NCBI GenBank assembly: GCA_951406725.2
Contig: OX597820.1
Location: 21,824,001 to 21,888,000 of the forward strand
DNA: 64,000 nucleotides
Source: Octopus vulgaris
Lineage: Eukaryota
Direction: 5' to 3'
The notes below the pieces were generated by a model, which did no database searches, was not told the origin of the DNA, and worked only from the letters and a program-made list of their open reading frames with translations. Shown one piece after another: positions 39,660-53,629 of this stretch. How positions within the stretch are numbered: the first letter of the stretch is position 1; the number at the start of each line of letters is the position of its first letter. The position numbers and the translations under genes are program-made.

Positions 39660-40010
39660 GTATTGCATAGTGCCAAGGACTCCAAATTTGCCATCAAGAT
39701 GTAGGACAAGATACTGTGATAGCCTGGGCTTCCGAGGCCCACAGCTCTTCAATATCCTCTCGAAGAACCTAAGAGACCTGCATGGGGTGGATGCAGATGT
39801 CTTTAAAATGAAACTGGATCTCTTCTTGTCAGGTGTCCCAGATGAACCAACTTCACGGCAGGAGGTGCAGATGAGGGCAGCTGCATCGAACTCTCTCATG
39901 CACCAGATGGCAATTGCTAAAAAGCATTCGTGAATTAAAATCTTGTAGCAACACCAAATGGCGGTGCCCCAGCATGGCCACAGCTTGTGAGCTGAAACTA
40001 AATGAATAAA
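39660..40010 (+). mobile_element. CR1/L2-group LINE 3' end (ORF2 C-terminus + 3' UTR)
   Basis: SLGFRGPQLFNILSKNLRDL...FKMKLDLFLSGVPDEP...AASNSL, stop at 39933, short UTR and (TAAA)n tail. Confidence 0.8.
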
Positions 40011-40021
40011 TAAATAAATAA

Positions 40022-40055
<34 letters not shown>

Positions 40056-40156
40056 ATGTATATGTATATATCTCTCTATATATATATATGTGTGTGTGTG
40101 TGCATGTATATGTATATATATATATGTGTATATATATATATGTGTATATATATATA

Positions 40157-40201
<45 letters not shown>

Positions 40202-41599
40202 GTGTATGTAAGAATAATATAACACGAGAATGGAGGTTAAGCAAAAACATTCGCAAACGTACAAACATAGCAATTAGTCATCAGAACGTAGAGAATTGAT
40301 TGGTTGTCAACTTCTAACCACAACAACATCAAAGTCCACAGCTACAGCAACAAGAAGAGCAACAGCTATAACAAGCAAAGGTTCAGTAACAGCATAAATA
40401 ACCAAAACTCCAAATTCTTCCTTTATTGACATCTACAAAAGAAATCACGAAGACCCTCTACAAAGAATAACATTCACACAAGCTCAAGCACACAAAATAA
40501 GCAGGAGCAGACACGAACATAACATAAACACCCACTCTTCTCTCAGGTGTGAAGAAAAATAAATTGAGAGAAAGTGAATGAGACGACGGAAAGAAAGAGG
40601 TTGGAACAGCAGAAGATCAAATATTAGACTCCCAAAACCTGAATGTTATTACACTAATCTCACCAAATCTCGCAAGCAAATATCAACTGGTCAAAAATGG
40701 CCAACAACGGAGAGACAGAGGTCGTATCTTCTGGAACCATTAATGTAGTGAAACCACTGTTCTATACTATTAGTGAAACAATATAACTGTTAACATTAAC
40801 ATCTTTTAAACTCCCAAAAGATTTAGAAAGTGGAGTAGTATATTGTCTTTTATGAGCGTCTGGGGTATTTTTTGTAAAAGAATTTTCAGCAGCTTCTTGT
40901 TTCACTGTCCTCTACATGCGAGAACTTGACTTTTTGAAAGACACATAGTATGTGAGGTTTATTATTAGGGTTGCTTGTATTATAGAAAATAGAAGTCCTT
41001 TTCGTGTTTGTACTGAAAAGGTTTCTTTTATTTATGTAGACTATGCAATTTCTAATGCTATCGTAGATCACCTTAACACCATTTTTATTAAAAATATCAT
41101 GATGTCTGTGGAGAAAAGGTTATTTATAAGAGTTAAGAATATCCTGGCAATACTACAACGAATATTTAAACTATAGAAATGAGTGCATCGTAAAAAAAGG
41201 TGGTTTCAAACATAAATTGCATTGCATACAGATCAACATTAATATTCCTACGTGCAGCAAAAGAAAGAGAAAGATTAAAAATGTACAGCAGAAACATGTT
41301 TGCAACAACCGTTAAAAACAGAAGCATCTGCAGCAATTAACACAACTATTTCTACTATGGCGGACGGCAAAGAAAAGAAGTGTGCCTGTAAAACAATAAC
41401 AATATTCATATAGATTCAACAATGATAACTATAACAATTACAGCAACAATAAAATCAGAAACAACAACAGCAACCAGAGCAAAAGCTACAATTGCTAGAG
41501 CAGCAATAAAAATAACAACGGCATTGATAAACCAAAAGTGCATTCTTCGTAGTCGGGTGAATAATCTCATATGCATGAGAACGAAAACTGTTCACTTGG

Positions 41600-42900
41600 C
41601 CAGGTTAACAGAGGTGAAGCATTGAAAGGGATTTACGTAGCTCCATCTTTGAGGGATCACAAGAGACACGCCATTTGATTCAGATCAGATTTATGTGATT
41701 TCCTGGCAACACTTTGCCGAACTATTCTTCAGGTATTATAGAACTGGAAACGGTGAATTTCGATACGTATCTCAAAGGTCTATGGTTGCCCTCAATCTAA
41801 GAGGTAGTATGCAGCGAAAAGTTGACTTCAACAACTGAATCGCGTGACGATCTGAGCTAGTGTACAAGAGACAAATCACTTGGTGTAGTTGTCGTACTCA
41901 GTAAACTTTATTGCTAAATGACTTGTTCTGGCAGTTATCTACGGCAACAAATTGATGACAGGATGCATAACATTAGTGATGCTGCCAAGAAAAGACAAGA
42001 ACAAGGATGGCATAATAAAAAATTCCAGGACCACAATTCTGCTAAATACACAAAGGATTTGGGCGTAGATGTTCGTAGAAAACTTTGGTTCTTGTCGTTG
42101 GTAGTTTAGTAGGAAACAGACAAAACTGTGAATCCTCGTAAGATTTATACATAAGAACTTGTATATTTTGCAATATATCGCAAAGAGGATCGGAGTAGTC
42201 GTGATCATCTGAAACCGATCTAAAGCATTTGACAGTATCAACCTCATATGCAGCAGGCTTCGACCTGGGCTTCATAAGTATCTGTTGTATGGTCAAATTA
42301 AGTGGCCAACAATATGAACCGTTTTGCAGTACACGATCGGTCCTTGAAGGGTTCCACTCCCCCTCACCGCCTCTCACTCCCTCTTCCCCATCTCTCTCGA
42401 AAATAAAGACCGTTCGCACCATACGGGATTAATATGAAATTGTAACAGTATCGTATGGTACTTGAAAAGGTAAGTCCATACGAGTTCATAACAGTTGTTG
42501 CTGGATCGAGGGTCTGGTTAAAGTGCATAGAGTCTGTTTCGATCTGGACCTCCAGATAGAGAAAAACTAAGCGGAGTTAGGGGGCAGGGTGGCTAGCCTT
42601 AGTCAGAAATGGGATGATAGGAAAGTGTCCCTGAAAGGCCATGTGTAGTGATCAAGTACCATATTGTTTCGATGGTACACTATCGCCTGATCATAGTACT
42701 TTGTTTCAGGAAAAATCTGACTAGATTAAAGCATATGGTACTTTGCTTCATGTGGAAAGGACTGGTTCTGCTAGTCAGTTGATATCTATTTGCTACCTTC
42801 AGCCATTCCAGCGACATCTGCAGAAATGTTTATACGATAACGTCAGGGAACAGGTTCGGTCACTGTTCGTGCGAAATATCTTTCAGCAGTTTACCTGTTT
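41600..42900 (-). pseudogene. Decayed LINE reverse transcriptase fragment
   Basis: Minus ORF 41939-42247 has LILSNALDRF (LDLSKAFD-like) and YAQILCVFSRIV (PQGCVLSP-like) at plausible spacing; heavily mutated. Confidence 0.45.
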
Positions 42901-42930
42901 GAGAGAGCTGCAGTCCTGGTTCGAGCGAAG

Positions 42931-43919
42931 CATCGACTGTGGAACCTATGAGTTGTGGCATTTGTATTTTAAAGACAAAAAATAAACCGGAATATCGCAA
43001 GGGAACTGGTCCAACATTTTTACACTTTCCCCGTTTCACTGCCCTTAAGTTGGTGGATTTGAGTTCAGGATGAAGATAATTTAAACAAATAACGCCAGGT
43101 ATTTTATCCAACGAGCTAACAACTCTGTCAATTTGTCTCCTTAATGATATATAAGACGGATATATAATTATATGACCACAAATAAGATGAAAGAGGATTC
43201 TGAGAAATATATTCTCGAGTTTTATTTACAACATTGTCAGATGTTTCATGTTCTGAAATGTCAAATTTTCTGCCATCTGTTTCATTAAAGAGCTTGAACA
43301 TGTTTGTAATTCTTATACTCTGATGTAATTCTTCTTACATGTAGGAGTATTTCAGTAAAACGTGGCAATTAGAAAACTATACATTAAAAGATATTATAAT
43401 ACGATGAGAGAAAAAAGTTTTATACTTTAAAGAAATATTTAGGAGTTGTTGTTTATCCTGATCAATCAGAGCTATAATGGAAGATATTCCAGTCATAACC
43501 CTCTTATCCTTTTAATGAGTTGTAAGATTATATCTGATGTACATTTTCCTTAGTTAAGTAAAGGGCAGAATTTCGAGGGAATATTGGCTGCTATTTCTAG
43601 CAAGTTGAGCAAGCACTCTAAGGCTTGATCACCAACTCGAAAACGTCTTTATTCATAACTAGCAGAGATACCCGGCGTTCCCCGTGTTACATACAATTGA
43701 AGAATTAGACTTTTCTGTTATAGTTTCTCTAATGAACTGGAATATCTATGTTTCAAATTTCATCAAAATTGCAGATGAGGGTTATTTCCATCTTTACACA
43801 ACCTAAAAAATTGTAATCGTGCCACATGTATCCCATACTACTGATTTTTATGCGCATATTTCAAAATTCCAGTCTTATAGAAATACAAATGCCACAACTC
43901 ATAGCTTCCACAGTCGATG
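42931..43919. mobile_element. Putative non-autonomous TIR element (~990 bp)
   Basis: 39-bp inverted repeat CATCGACTGTGGAA(C/G)CTATGAGTTGTGGCATTTGTATTT at 42931-42969 and 43881-43919 (1 mismatch); no clear TSD. Confidence 0.6.
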
Positions 43920-43960
43920 ATTTTAATCTGTCACCTGTTTTGACACCACCACCTGGACAT

Positions 43961-44255
43961 TACTTCTCGAGCCACGCCTGGCTCATAAGGGCCGGTTCCC
44001 CGATTTTCTTGGCGTATAGGTTCCCCAGCTGGACGGGACACCGGTCCGCCGCGGGTGAGCTGAAAGATACAGGAGGAAAGAGTAATAGAAAGTTGTGGCG
44101 AAAGGGTCAGCAGAAGTTCGCCATTACCTTCTGCCGGAGCCGCATGGAGCTTAGGTCTTTCGCTCATAAACACACACATCACCCGGTCTGAGATTCGAAC
44201 CCGCGATCCCTCGACCGCGAGTTCGCTGCTCTACCCACTAGGCCAAGTGCCTTCA
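43961..44255 (-). mobile_element. SINE A2-related subfamily
   Basis: TSD CACCA(C/T)CTGGACAT (43947-43960/44256-44269); related copies at 46636-46884 and a head-only copy at 28898-29010. Confidence 0.85.
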
Positions 44256-45230
44256 CACCATCTGGACATCAAGTACCTTTAAGTGGACTCCACACTGTTG
44301 CAAGCGTTCCAACTAGATCTCTGATTTGAATAACTCTTCTTGCTTCCCTCACACCAGCCTTGAAGGGCTCAAAAAGTGTTATGGGAACGGTCGTCTCTCA
44401 CAAATAAAATAAAACCAAGAACATTTCTTTGCTTTTTTTTATCTTCATAAGCTATACTCTAGCAATATCGGGTGCACAGAGATTCGATATTTATGATGGA
44501 ATCTTGACAAAGCTGTTCTTGACGATAGTTTGGTTGGGCGGGATAGGTTATAATCGATATATCAGTTTTACTATTATCACTCTGTTGTTTTGTTTTATTT
44601 TTGTCTGGAGGATTTTGCCTTACATTTTTTTTAAATCACTCATCTACTGCGATTTTTCAGTCACTGCCATAAATATTACAATCTGAACGCCTTTAATAAT
44701 CCGTCTTAGCGTATTTCCTTTGTAATCAGGGTCTATTTGCTTCCACTTTTGTACATTTAATGAGTTTTTCGATAAAAATGTTTGCATGTTCTTTTTCCTT
44801 TTTTTTTTTTCTACATGATGAGATTAAACGTACACAATTTCGATTTGATGTTCAAAAAAGAAAAGAAAAGAAGCCCGAAACAGCGACGCCTTAAGTGTTG
44901 ATCGAGGATATTATAAAACGGTTTTAGAATGAGTGTGACCAACATTTTTTTTCTACATCAAAGACTAAATAAGAAAAAGCTGGAAAGTCTCGGAATTCTC
45001 TGTAATAAACGGAAACAACACCGGAGTGTAACTGGGCGATAATTTAGAGAAATAAGAGCAATATAGGTTATTCCTCTATTTCTGAAAAATAATTTATGGG
45101 GACAACTCTGTGAAGGGTTTTTGGTTTCTTTCAGAATACTGTCATTGTTAACTTGCCATCATTTAGTGTTACGTTTGGTTTCTCTGAATAATTATTAGCT
45201 TCTTACTTTACCCGAAATTTCCATCCACAA

Positions 45231-45232
<2 letters not shown>

Positions 45233-45297
<65 letters not shown>

Positions 45298-45332
45298 TAC
45301 ACACACACAGACACACACACAACAAACACACA
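45233..45332. repeat. (CA)n microsatellite
   Basis: Direct reading. Confidence 0.95.
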
Positions 45333-45883
45333 TAAAGACTCACACACTGGCACTGCTTTGCTTGAACTTAGGAGGGCAGTTACTCCTCCTCCTCCTCGAC
45401 TCCCTGACTTCCACTACGCCCGTGGTCGCAGTGAATCGCTCTATTGGCAAGACATCTTCGTATTTATAATTTAATATAATACGTTTACGTAATACGATAT
45501 CTAGCCTGAAAGATTCTGACAAGTATAAACATAGCAGCTCTAATGTTGTGAATGTACTGATAGAATGCACTGAGAGAAAATTAATTAACATTCCAGATGC
45601 ACTCTGTAAAGAAGCTAGCACACCAGCTTCATTAAAATATGACGTTGCTTCACAAAATAACAAATATATCACTTTTTTTTAATTCAAAAGCATTCAACTG
45701 AAACTTCGAGTAGAAGAAATTTCTAAGCGAATCGAGCTCACGACCCGTTTGTTGAATCCTGTTTCTATCCATTATATTTCAGGTATGTCGCTCATGCACT
45801 TGAAAAATAGCACGAGTGTCACACGGCGCCATTTTGTTTTTGAGATTATGTAACATGTCTAGAATTTGATTATGAGGATATAC

Positions 45884-46112
45884 TCTTTCACTCTTTTACT
45901 CTTTTACTTGTTTCAGTGTTTTTGACTGCGGTCATGCCGGAGCACCGCATTTAGTCGAGCAAATCGACCCAAGGACTTATTCTATGTAAGCCTTCTACAT
46001 ATTCTATCGGTCTCTTTGCCGAACCACTAAGTTACGGGGGACGTATACACACCAGCATCGGTTGTCAAGCGATGTTGGGGGGACAAACACAGACACTCAA
46101 ACATGTACACAC

Positions 46113-46146
<34 letters not shown>

Positions 46147-46308
46147 GACGGGCTTCTTTCAGTTTCCGTCTATCAAATCCACTCACAAGGCTTTGGTCGG
46201 CCCGAGACTATGGTAGAAACACTTGCCCAAGGTGCCACGCAGTGGGACTGAACCCGGAACCATGTGGTTGGTAAGCAAGCTACTTACCATACAGCCACTC
46301 CTGCGCCT
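45884..46308 (-). mobile_element. SINE family B
   Basis: Reverse complement of the B consensus. Confidence 0.9.
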
Positions 46309-46635
46309 ATATATATATATAACCTCCAAGTATCGAGGTGTAGGAAGAAGGTTAGCTTCAAGCATTCTGTAGTAAATATAAAAATTTTAAAAAATCAACT
46401 CTCAAGTGCAGTAGTGGTTTATTGAGATGGAAGGTTGTGGACTTTTTCGTATCGAAGAGCAATAAACAGAAAAAAGCTCTTTTTATATTTCACGGTAGGC
46501 GACCAGGGTTGCCGGATATACGAATAAGAATACACGAGTATTCTTATTATCTTACCTACTCCATTCCTTAACTGTTGTGTGTATGTGTGTGTGTGTGTGT
46601 GTGTGTATTTATATATACATACATATTGTTTGTGC

Positions 46636-46884
46636 CTTCTCGAGCCACGCCTGGCTCATTAGGGCCGGTTTCCCGGTTTCCTTGGCGTATAGGTTCTCCA
46701 CCTGGACGGGACCCCGATCCGTCGCAGGTGAGCTGCAAGATGCAGGAGGAAAGAGTGAAAGAAAGTGGTGGCGAAAGAGTCAGCAGAAGCTGCGTGGAGC
46801 TTAGATGTTTCGCTCATAAACACACACATCGCCCGGTCCGAGATTCGAACCTGCGATCCTTCGACCGCAGGCCATGTGCCTCCA
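46636..46884 (-). mobile_element. SINE A2-related subfamily
   Basis: Homologous to 43961-44255 with internal deletions. Confidence 0.85.
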
Positions 46885-46923
46885 CTTATCCATACATATT
46901 TGTTCGATGTACTACTCAAGATT

Positions 46924-46957
<34 letters not shown>

Positions 46958-47126
46958 CCCTCATCATCATCATTTGAAGCCTTTGATAAAGATTCATGAC
47001 TATTACAGTCTATAGTATTTTTAATTTTAATAATTTATTTTTTGTTTTTCAAAACTGGACTATAAAAATTAATTGTTCAAGGCTTTGTTGCCGATATTAT
47101 TCTGTGTATTTATTTTTTTATTACAA

Positions 47127-47704
47127 CGTCTGCCGTTACGTTCTGAGTTCAAATTCCGCTGAGGTCGACTGTGCCTTTCATCCTTTCGGGGTCGATTAAA
47201 TAAGTACCAGTTACGTACTGGGGTATATATAATCGACTTAATCCCTTTGTCTGTCCTTGTTTGTCCTCTCTGCGTTTAGCCCCTTGTGGGTAGTAAAGAA
47301 ATAGGTATTTCGTCTACCGCTACGTTCTGAGTTCAAATTCCGCCGAGGTCGACATTACCTTTCACCCTTTCGGAGTCGATAAATTAAGTACCAGTTACGC
47401 ACTGGAGTCGATGTAATCGACTTAATCCCTTTGTTTGTCCTTGTTTGTTCCCTCTATGTTTAGCCCCTTGTGGGCAATAAAGAAATAAGAAACTTTAGCA
47501 CGCCGGGCGAAATGCTTAGCAGTATTTCGTCTGCCGCTACGTTCTGAGTTCAAATTCCGCCGAGGTCGACTTTACCTTTCATCCTTTCGGGGTCGATAAA
47601 TTAAGTAGCAGTTACGCACTGGGGTCGATGTAATCGACTTAATCCCTTTTGTCTGTCCTTGTTTGTCCCCTCTATGTTTAGCCTCTTGTGGGCAAAAAAG
47701 AAAT
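47127..47704 (+). mobile_element. SINE family D trimer (5'-truncated)
   Basis: Three units; the second junction re-includes head sequence (AGAAAC..TAGCACGCCGGGCG). Confidence 0.9.
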
Positions 47705-47843
47705 ACGTTATTCTCATGGAAATATAAATTCTTTGATATGAAAAACTGGTCTCCAAAAATGATGAGGCCTTCACTGGTAAGTCAGAATTACCTATAGGGC
47801 CATTAAGCTGCAAGGCTTCTACAAAATGTGATAAATAGGGAAA

Positions 47844-48216
47844 GGAAGCACTCCGTCGGTTACGACGATGAGGGTTCCAGTTGATCCGATCAAGGGAAAT
47901 TAACGTGCAAGTGGCTGAGCACTCCACAGACACGTGTACCCTTAACGTAGTTCTCGGGGATATTCAGCGTGACACACAGAGTGACAAGGCCGGCCCTTTG
48001 AAATACAGGTACAACAGAAACAGGAAGTAAGAGTGAGAGAAAGCTGTGGTGAAAGAGTACAGCAGGGATCACCACCATCCCCTGCCATAGCCTCGTGGAG
48101 CTTTTAGGTGTTTTCGCTCAATAAACACTCATAACGCCCGCCCGGTCTGGGAATCGAAACTGCGATCCTATGACCGCGAGTCCGCTGCCCTAACCACTGG
48201 GCCATTGCGCCTCCAC
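47844..48216 (-). mobile_element. SINE family A, full length
   Basis: TSD TGTGATAAATA (47827-47837/48218-48228). Confidence 0.9.
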
Positions 48217-48271
48217 CTGTGATAAATAACACTAAGATGCGAAGTAATCATTGAAATATTATAATAACGTA

Positions 48272-48718
48272 GGGTGGTGAGTTGGCAGAATCTCACCGCA
48301 CCAGGCTAAATATCTAACGCCATTTTTTTCCGTCTTTACGTTCTGAGCTCAAATTCCACCGAGGTTGACTTTACCTTTCATTTTTTTGAGGTCGATAAAA
48401 TAAGTACCAGCTGAACACTGGGGTAGACGTAAGCAACTTATCCTCTACTCCGAAATTGCTGGCCTTAAGCCAATATTTGAAATCAATATTAAAATAATGT
48501 AGGACAGCCAGTCAGCCGGTAGAATAGTTAGCACGCGGGACAAAATGCTTTGTGGCATTTCGTCAATCTTTATGTTCGGAGTTCAAATTCCACCGAGATC
48601 GGCTGTGCCTTTCATCCTTTCGGGACCGATAAAATAAGTACCACTTGAGTACTGGGGTCGATATAATCGAATTACACCCTCCCCTGATATTCCTGGCATT
48701 GTGAAAAAATTTGAAACC
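48272..48718 (+). mobile_element. Two older D-type SINE monomers with alternative tail (48272-48486, 48515-48718)
   Basis: D head and core ending GAAATTGCTGGCC...TTTGAAA; similar copies at 53192-53395, 53700-53905 and (minus) 61255-61405. Confidence 0.8.
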
Positions 48719-48897
48719 AGTATTATGATAATGTATCGTGCTTGATGGCTCTGAGAAAAGCTTACAGTGTAAATACAATGTTTTGTAGAAAAAAAAATAT
48801 TTAAGATATTATTTACAAAAAATATGTCCATGTTTTGAGGTGAACAGTCTCTTAACACTTAAGCGTTGTCATAAATTTACACAGTCAAGTATAGTAT

Positions 48898-49203
48898 GGA
48901 GGCGCAATGGCCCAGTGGTTAGGGCAGCGGACTCGCGGTCGGAGGATCGCGGTTTCGATTCCCAGACCGGGCGGGCATTGTGTGTGTTTATTGAGCGAAA
49001 ACACCTAAAAACTCCACGAGGCTCCGGCAGTGGGTGGTGGCGATCCCTGTTGTACTCTTTCGCCACAACTTTCTCTCACTCTCTCTTTCTGTTTCTTGAG
49101 TAACCCTGCGATGGACTGGCGTCCCGTCCAGGTGGGGGGAACACATACGCCACAGAAACCGGGAAACCGGGCCCATGAGCCTGACTAGGCTTGAAAAGGG
49201 CGA
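48898..49203 (+). mobile_element. SINE A2, full length
   Basis: TSD AAGTATAGTAT (48887-48897/49212-49222). Confidence 0.9.
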
Positions 49204-49606
49204 AAAAAAAGAAGTATAGTATATGAAGTTCTATAAATGTCGAGATTGAATATGTTTTCATATCAATGATGCTGTTAGCAGTCGAGTATGTTTCTTATTC
49301 GACTGCTTCTTTACTGGGGGAAATTTTTTTCTCGACATTTAATTACTATATGAATTCAAGGTCCAAACACTTATATTTTATATGAGTGTTTAGACAGGAT
49401 GAAGTACTAAGCTTAAATTCTTTCATTAGTGTCAGTTAGAAGGAGAGGGAATCAGGTAGTAGTCTCGATTGCCATAATCTTAACTTAAATTACTCGGGGT
49501 TCAACGCTTTGTATGACATATTCAGCAACGTTTCGAAGATTCTGTTATTTTGCAAAGAAACGGCGTTAGTTTTAACATCATATTGTCTTCCTTTATTTCT
49601 TTTTAA

Positions 49607-49687
<81 letters not shown>

Positions 49688-49770
49688 ACCTACTTACCCT
49701 CTTTGTGATTTTGGTTAATGGAATAACTATAAAAATGAATCTTTTAAATTTAACTAAATTCTAAATTTTT

Positions 49771-49864
49771 ATGCAGCTGAAGATTGCTCTCCATTTTAAA
49801 ACTGATGTAATTAATATTTGCATTGTTCAATTAAACGGAGTCGCATGAAACGATCGTACTGCAT
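49771..49864 (+). ncRNA. Type I hammerhead ribozyme in a ~300-bp element (49682-49985) flanked by (TA)n
   Basis: ATGCAG-CTGAAGA-TTGC..CTCC...GGAG..GCAT-GAAA-CGATCG-TA-CTGCAT; perfect 6-bp stem I, palindromic stem III. Confidence 0.75.
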
Positions 49865-49979
49865 TACCTCTGGACATCCTTGTTGCTTATTTTGATTATA
49901 ATCACCCCATTTTGAATTATATGAATAATACCTTACTAAATTCTGGTGCCTTTTAACTTAAGTACCAAATTCTTACTGA

Positions 49980-50040
<61 letters not shown>

Positions 50041-51199
50041 CCTGTTTTCTAACCCCCGCCACCATTTTCTTTCTATCCCTAAAACTTCTACTTCCCAAAC
50101 ATCAGTATTAATTTTGCATGTTTAGTCCTTCCGCCAGTTGGAGGCTAATTTTAACATCAAAAATGTTGTATATTAGTCGGTGCAAAAGGCTGCTTGATCA
50201 ACTTCGTGATTATGTAATAGACAAATGCTGATTGATATTCTCCTTCTTTTCATCTGAACTTAATAAGCAAGTGAAGCTGCTTTAATTAGAACAGAGTTGC
50301 AGGAATCTCGCTAGATTTCCTGTTTAACATCCAAAAGCATTTTCTCATTTGAGAGAGAGATAGAGACAGACGTTTCAGCTTTAAAATAGTTGGCAACCCA
50401 CCAGCGAACAATCTTTATCCTTATCGCTTACCAAACTTCTCATATTAACCGAAACATGCTGCTGTAGTGAGCAATTTTTATAGCGTCAACACATCTTACA
50501 TCGCTCCACTCTTAGTTCTGTTTTCCTCAAAGGTACTACCTCGACGTTTGGCAGCTCTTTTACACCTGGTATTCTGTTCATGATCTGTTATGTATTCTTC
50601 GGCTGATTTTAAATGTACAGTCTTTAGTTTTGTTAATTTTACAACAGTTGAAATGAAAAGACAGCGCTTTCCAACCTCTGATTTGAAGTTTTGAAGTAAA
50701 ATTAATATATACTGCATTTGATAGCATCTAAGAAGCACTTTTTCCAAAGGAAATGACTAAAAATATCATGCGGGATTCCATATGCGATGTTGGGTCGCCA
50801 TAAGCTAATTTTATCCCTGACTTTCATTTTCTTTTTTTTTTCTTTTTTTTTCATATATGCTAGTGAAATTGAGATGTGTGTCTTATGTATCTCTGCATCT
50901 GTTATGCTCTCAAATACGATTCTCTTAAAAAATTAGAGACCTTAAAATCATAGAAATAAAACAGTGGAAATGAGAGTAGCGAATATTTTTTTACTTTATA
51001 TGATGGAAACCTGATATCAGATTTAGCTTAGGTCTTAAGTGTCGGCGTGTATGGACGAATGTTTGTGTGCGTGTGGATGCGTGTGTCTAAATAGTTTTCC
51101 TATTGAAATAAATATACCTACATACATACGAAAAAAAAGGATGGTAGATGTGTGTATATATAAATATATATATATATGTATGTGTGTGTGTACAGTATG

Positions 51200-51258
<59 letters not shown>

Positions 51259-51294
51259 TATATATATATATATATGTATTCACATACACACACA

Positions 51295-51483
51295 CAAGGG
51301 GGTGCTGAAAAATTTCTGATTTTGGGAAAAAGAAATTACAAGAGGATCAGTTAATTATGATACTATTCAACATATTCCCCTCTCAAATTCACGCTTATTG
51401 CATCGGTCCTTCAATTCTTCTAAGCCCCGTAAAAGAATTCGGAATGTTGGGCCTCCAATCAGGAACTTTTCAGCACCCACTCC
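51295..51483. mobile_element. Mariner-type MITE
   Basis: Imperfect TIRs GGGTGCTGAAAA...CTGATT / AATCAGGAACTTTTCAGCACCC within TA/CA repeats. Confidence 0.65.
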
Positions 51484-51569
<86 letters not shown>

Positions 51570-51905
51570 TACATGTATGTATGTGTGTGTATACACACAC
51601 ATACAAACACACACATGTTGATCAAAGGATACAGTATTACAGCTCCATTTCAGCAGATCTTACCAATCGGTTTCGCACGGAATGCTTGATAACCGGATAT
51701 TATGTAACAAGGGCGGTTTCTAAGTACGCGTGCACTTTGGGGATGACAGGAATAGTAAAAAAATATGGCGACTGCTCTCTGTTATTGGACAAATTGCCAA
51801 ATTCCGTTACTATTTCTTACAACTGAAGCAACTACATGGAAGGCACGGCCACACTATCTCAAGTGTCCTTTTTAACCCTTCGTTAGTCACCTAGCGTTCC
51901 ATATG

Positions 51906-52486
51906 TCTTTATTGCCCACAAGGGACTAAACATAGAGGGGACAAACAAGAAGAGACAAAGGGATTAAGTACCAGTTCGTAACTGGTACTTAATTTATCGA
52001 GCCCGCAAGGATGAAAGGCAAAGTCGACCTCGGCGGAATTGGAACTCAGGACGTAGCGGCAGACGAAATACCGCTAAGCATTTCCCCCGGCATGCTAACG
52101 TTTCTTATTGCCCACAAAGGGCTAAACATAGAGGGAACGTACAAGGACAGACAAACGGATTAAATCAAATACATCGACCCCAGTGCGTAACTGCTACATT
52201 ATTTATCGACTCCGAAAGGATGAAAGGCAAAGTCTACCTCGGCGGAATTTGAACTCAGAACGTAACGGCAGACGAGTACCTATTTCTTTACTACTCACAA
52301 GGGGCTAAACACAGAGAAGACAAACAAGGACAGACAAACGGATTAAGTCGATTATGTTGACCCCAGTGCGTAACTGGTACTTATTTAATCGACCCCGAAA
52401 GGATGAAAGGCACAGTCGACCTCGGAGGAATTTGAACTCAGAACGTAGCGGCAGGCGAAATACTGTTAAGCATTTCGCCCGGCGTG
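51906..52486 (-). mobile_element. SINE family D trimer
   Basis: Same two junction types as 47127-47704. Confidence 0.9.
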
Positions 52487-52676
52487 CAACTTTTTGAGTA
52501 TAGTGCCAACTTATGTGAAGCACTTACTGGATATGAGTGCTTAAGCGTGCATGTATATAAATGTGTCTACATATACTTACGTATATATGTGTTAAGGTGT
52601 ACTTACATATTTATATATATGTTTATGTATTCTAGGTTTGTATGCAATCTCTTAGATTGAAGCAGAAGCCCTGTAG

Positions 52677-52744
<68 letters not shown>

Positions 52745-52748
52745 TAGT

Positions 52749-52787
<39 letters not shown>

Positions 52788-53591
52788 TATAGATAGAATT
52801 AGTATACAGAGAGAGAGAGAGTGAGTGAAACAAGCAGATAGAATGTTGTTTTTCCTCGGGGGAAATTTTCTTCGTGAATTCTGAGCCTGATTTACTGACA
52901 CAACTCATGAAGCAGAAACATCGAATGCTTTAATTAATCTCCTGATAAAAACCGTTTTGTTACTTAGTTGACTTACATAAATAGTTAAAAGGCCGGAAGC
53001 CTCCAGTACATTTCACATCAAAAAGATAAGGAGTGTAAAATGTAATGAAAACAGCATAAATTAAAAGCATCAAATATAAATCAAACAAGTAACAGGACTA
53101 TTGGTAATGTAATCGATCTTGTAGCTTGATTGCCTATATAACTCGTTATTTTCTAACGATCACATTTTCCTAATAGGCTTGGTTACTTTAAGGCGGTGAG
53201 CTGGCAGAATCGTTAGCACGCGGGGCAAAGAGCTTAGCGGCATTTCGCCCATCATTACGTTCTGAGTTCAAGTTCTGCAGAGGTCGACTTCGCCTTTTAT
53301 CCTTTCGAGGTCGACAAAATAAATACCTGTTAAACGCTGTGGCCCATGTAATCGACTTAACCCCCTCCCCTGAAATTGTGCCAGAATTTGAAACAATATT
53401 CTTGGCTACTATTGCTCTCTTCATAACTCTGTTGTTGTTGTTGTTGTTGTTGTTGCTGCTGCTACTGTTGTTGTTGTTGTTGTTTGTGGTGGTGGTGGTG
53501 GTGGTTGATGTTACTGCTATTGCTGTTGTTTTGCTCTACCTGATTTCAGGAGGATGTCACTTAGTTCAAGCAAGTCTAACCACCACTTTGA

Positions 53592-53629
<38 letters not shown>

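Noticed and set aside
39495-40268. 257-aa minus-strand ORF, the longest in the track
   Set aside because: Composed of TA/CA microsatellites plus the antisense of a LINE fragment
40500-41200. Possible second Penelope-type RT relic on the minus strand
   Set aside because: Only faint resemblance; catalytic motifs not recoverable by eye
50150-50790. Possible hAT/Charlie N-terminal relic (ORF 50496-50747)
   Set aside because: Too degenerate; no TIR pair or catalytic motif confirmed
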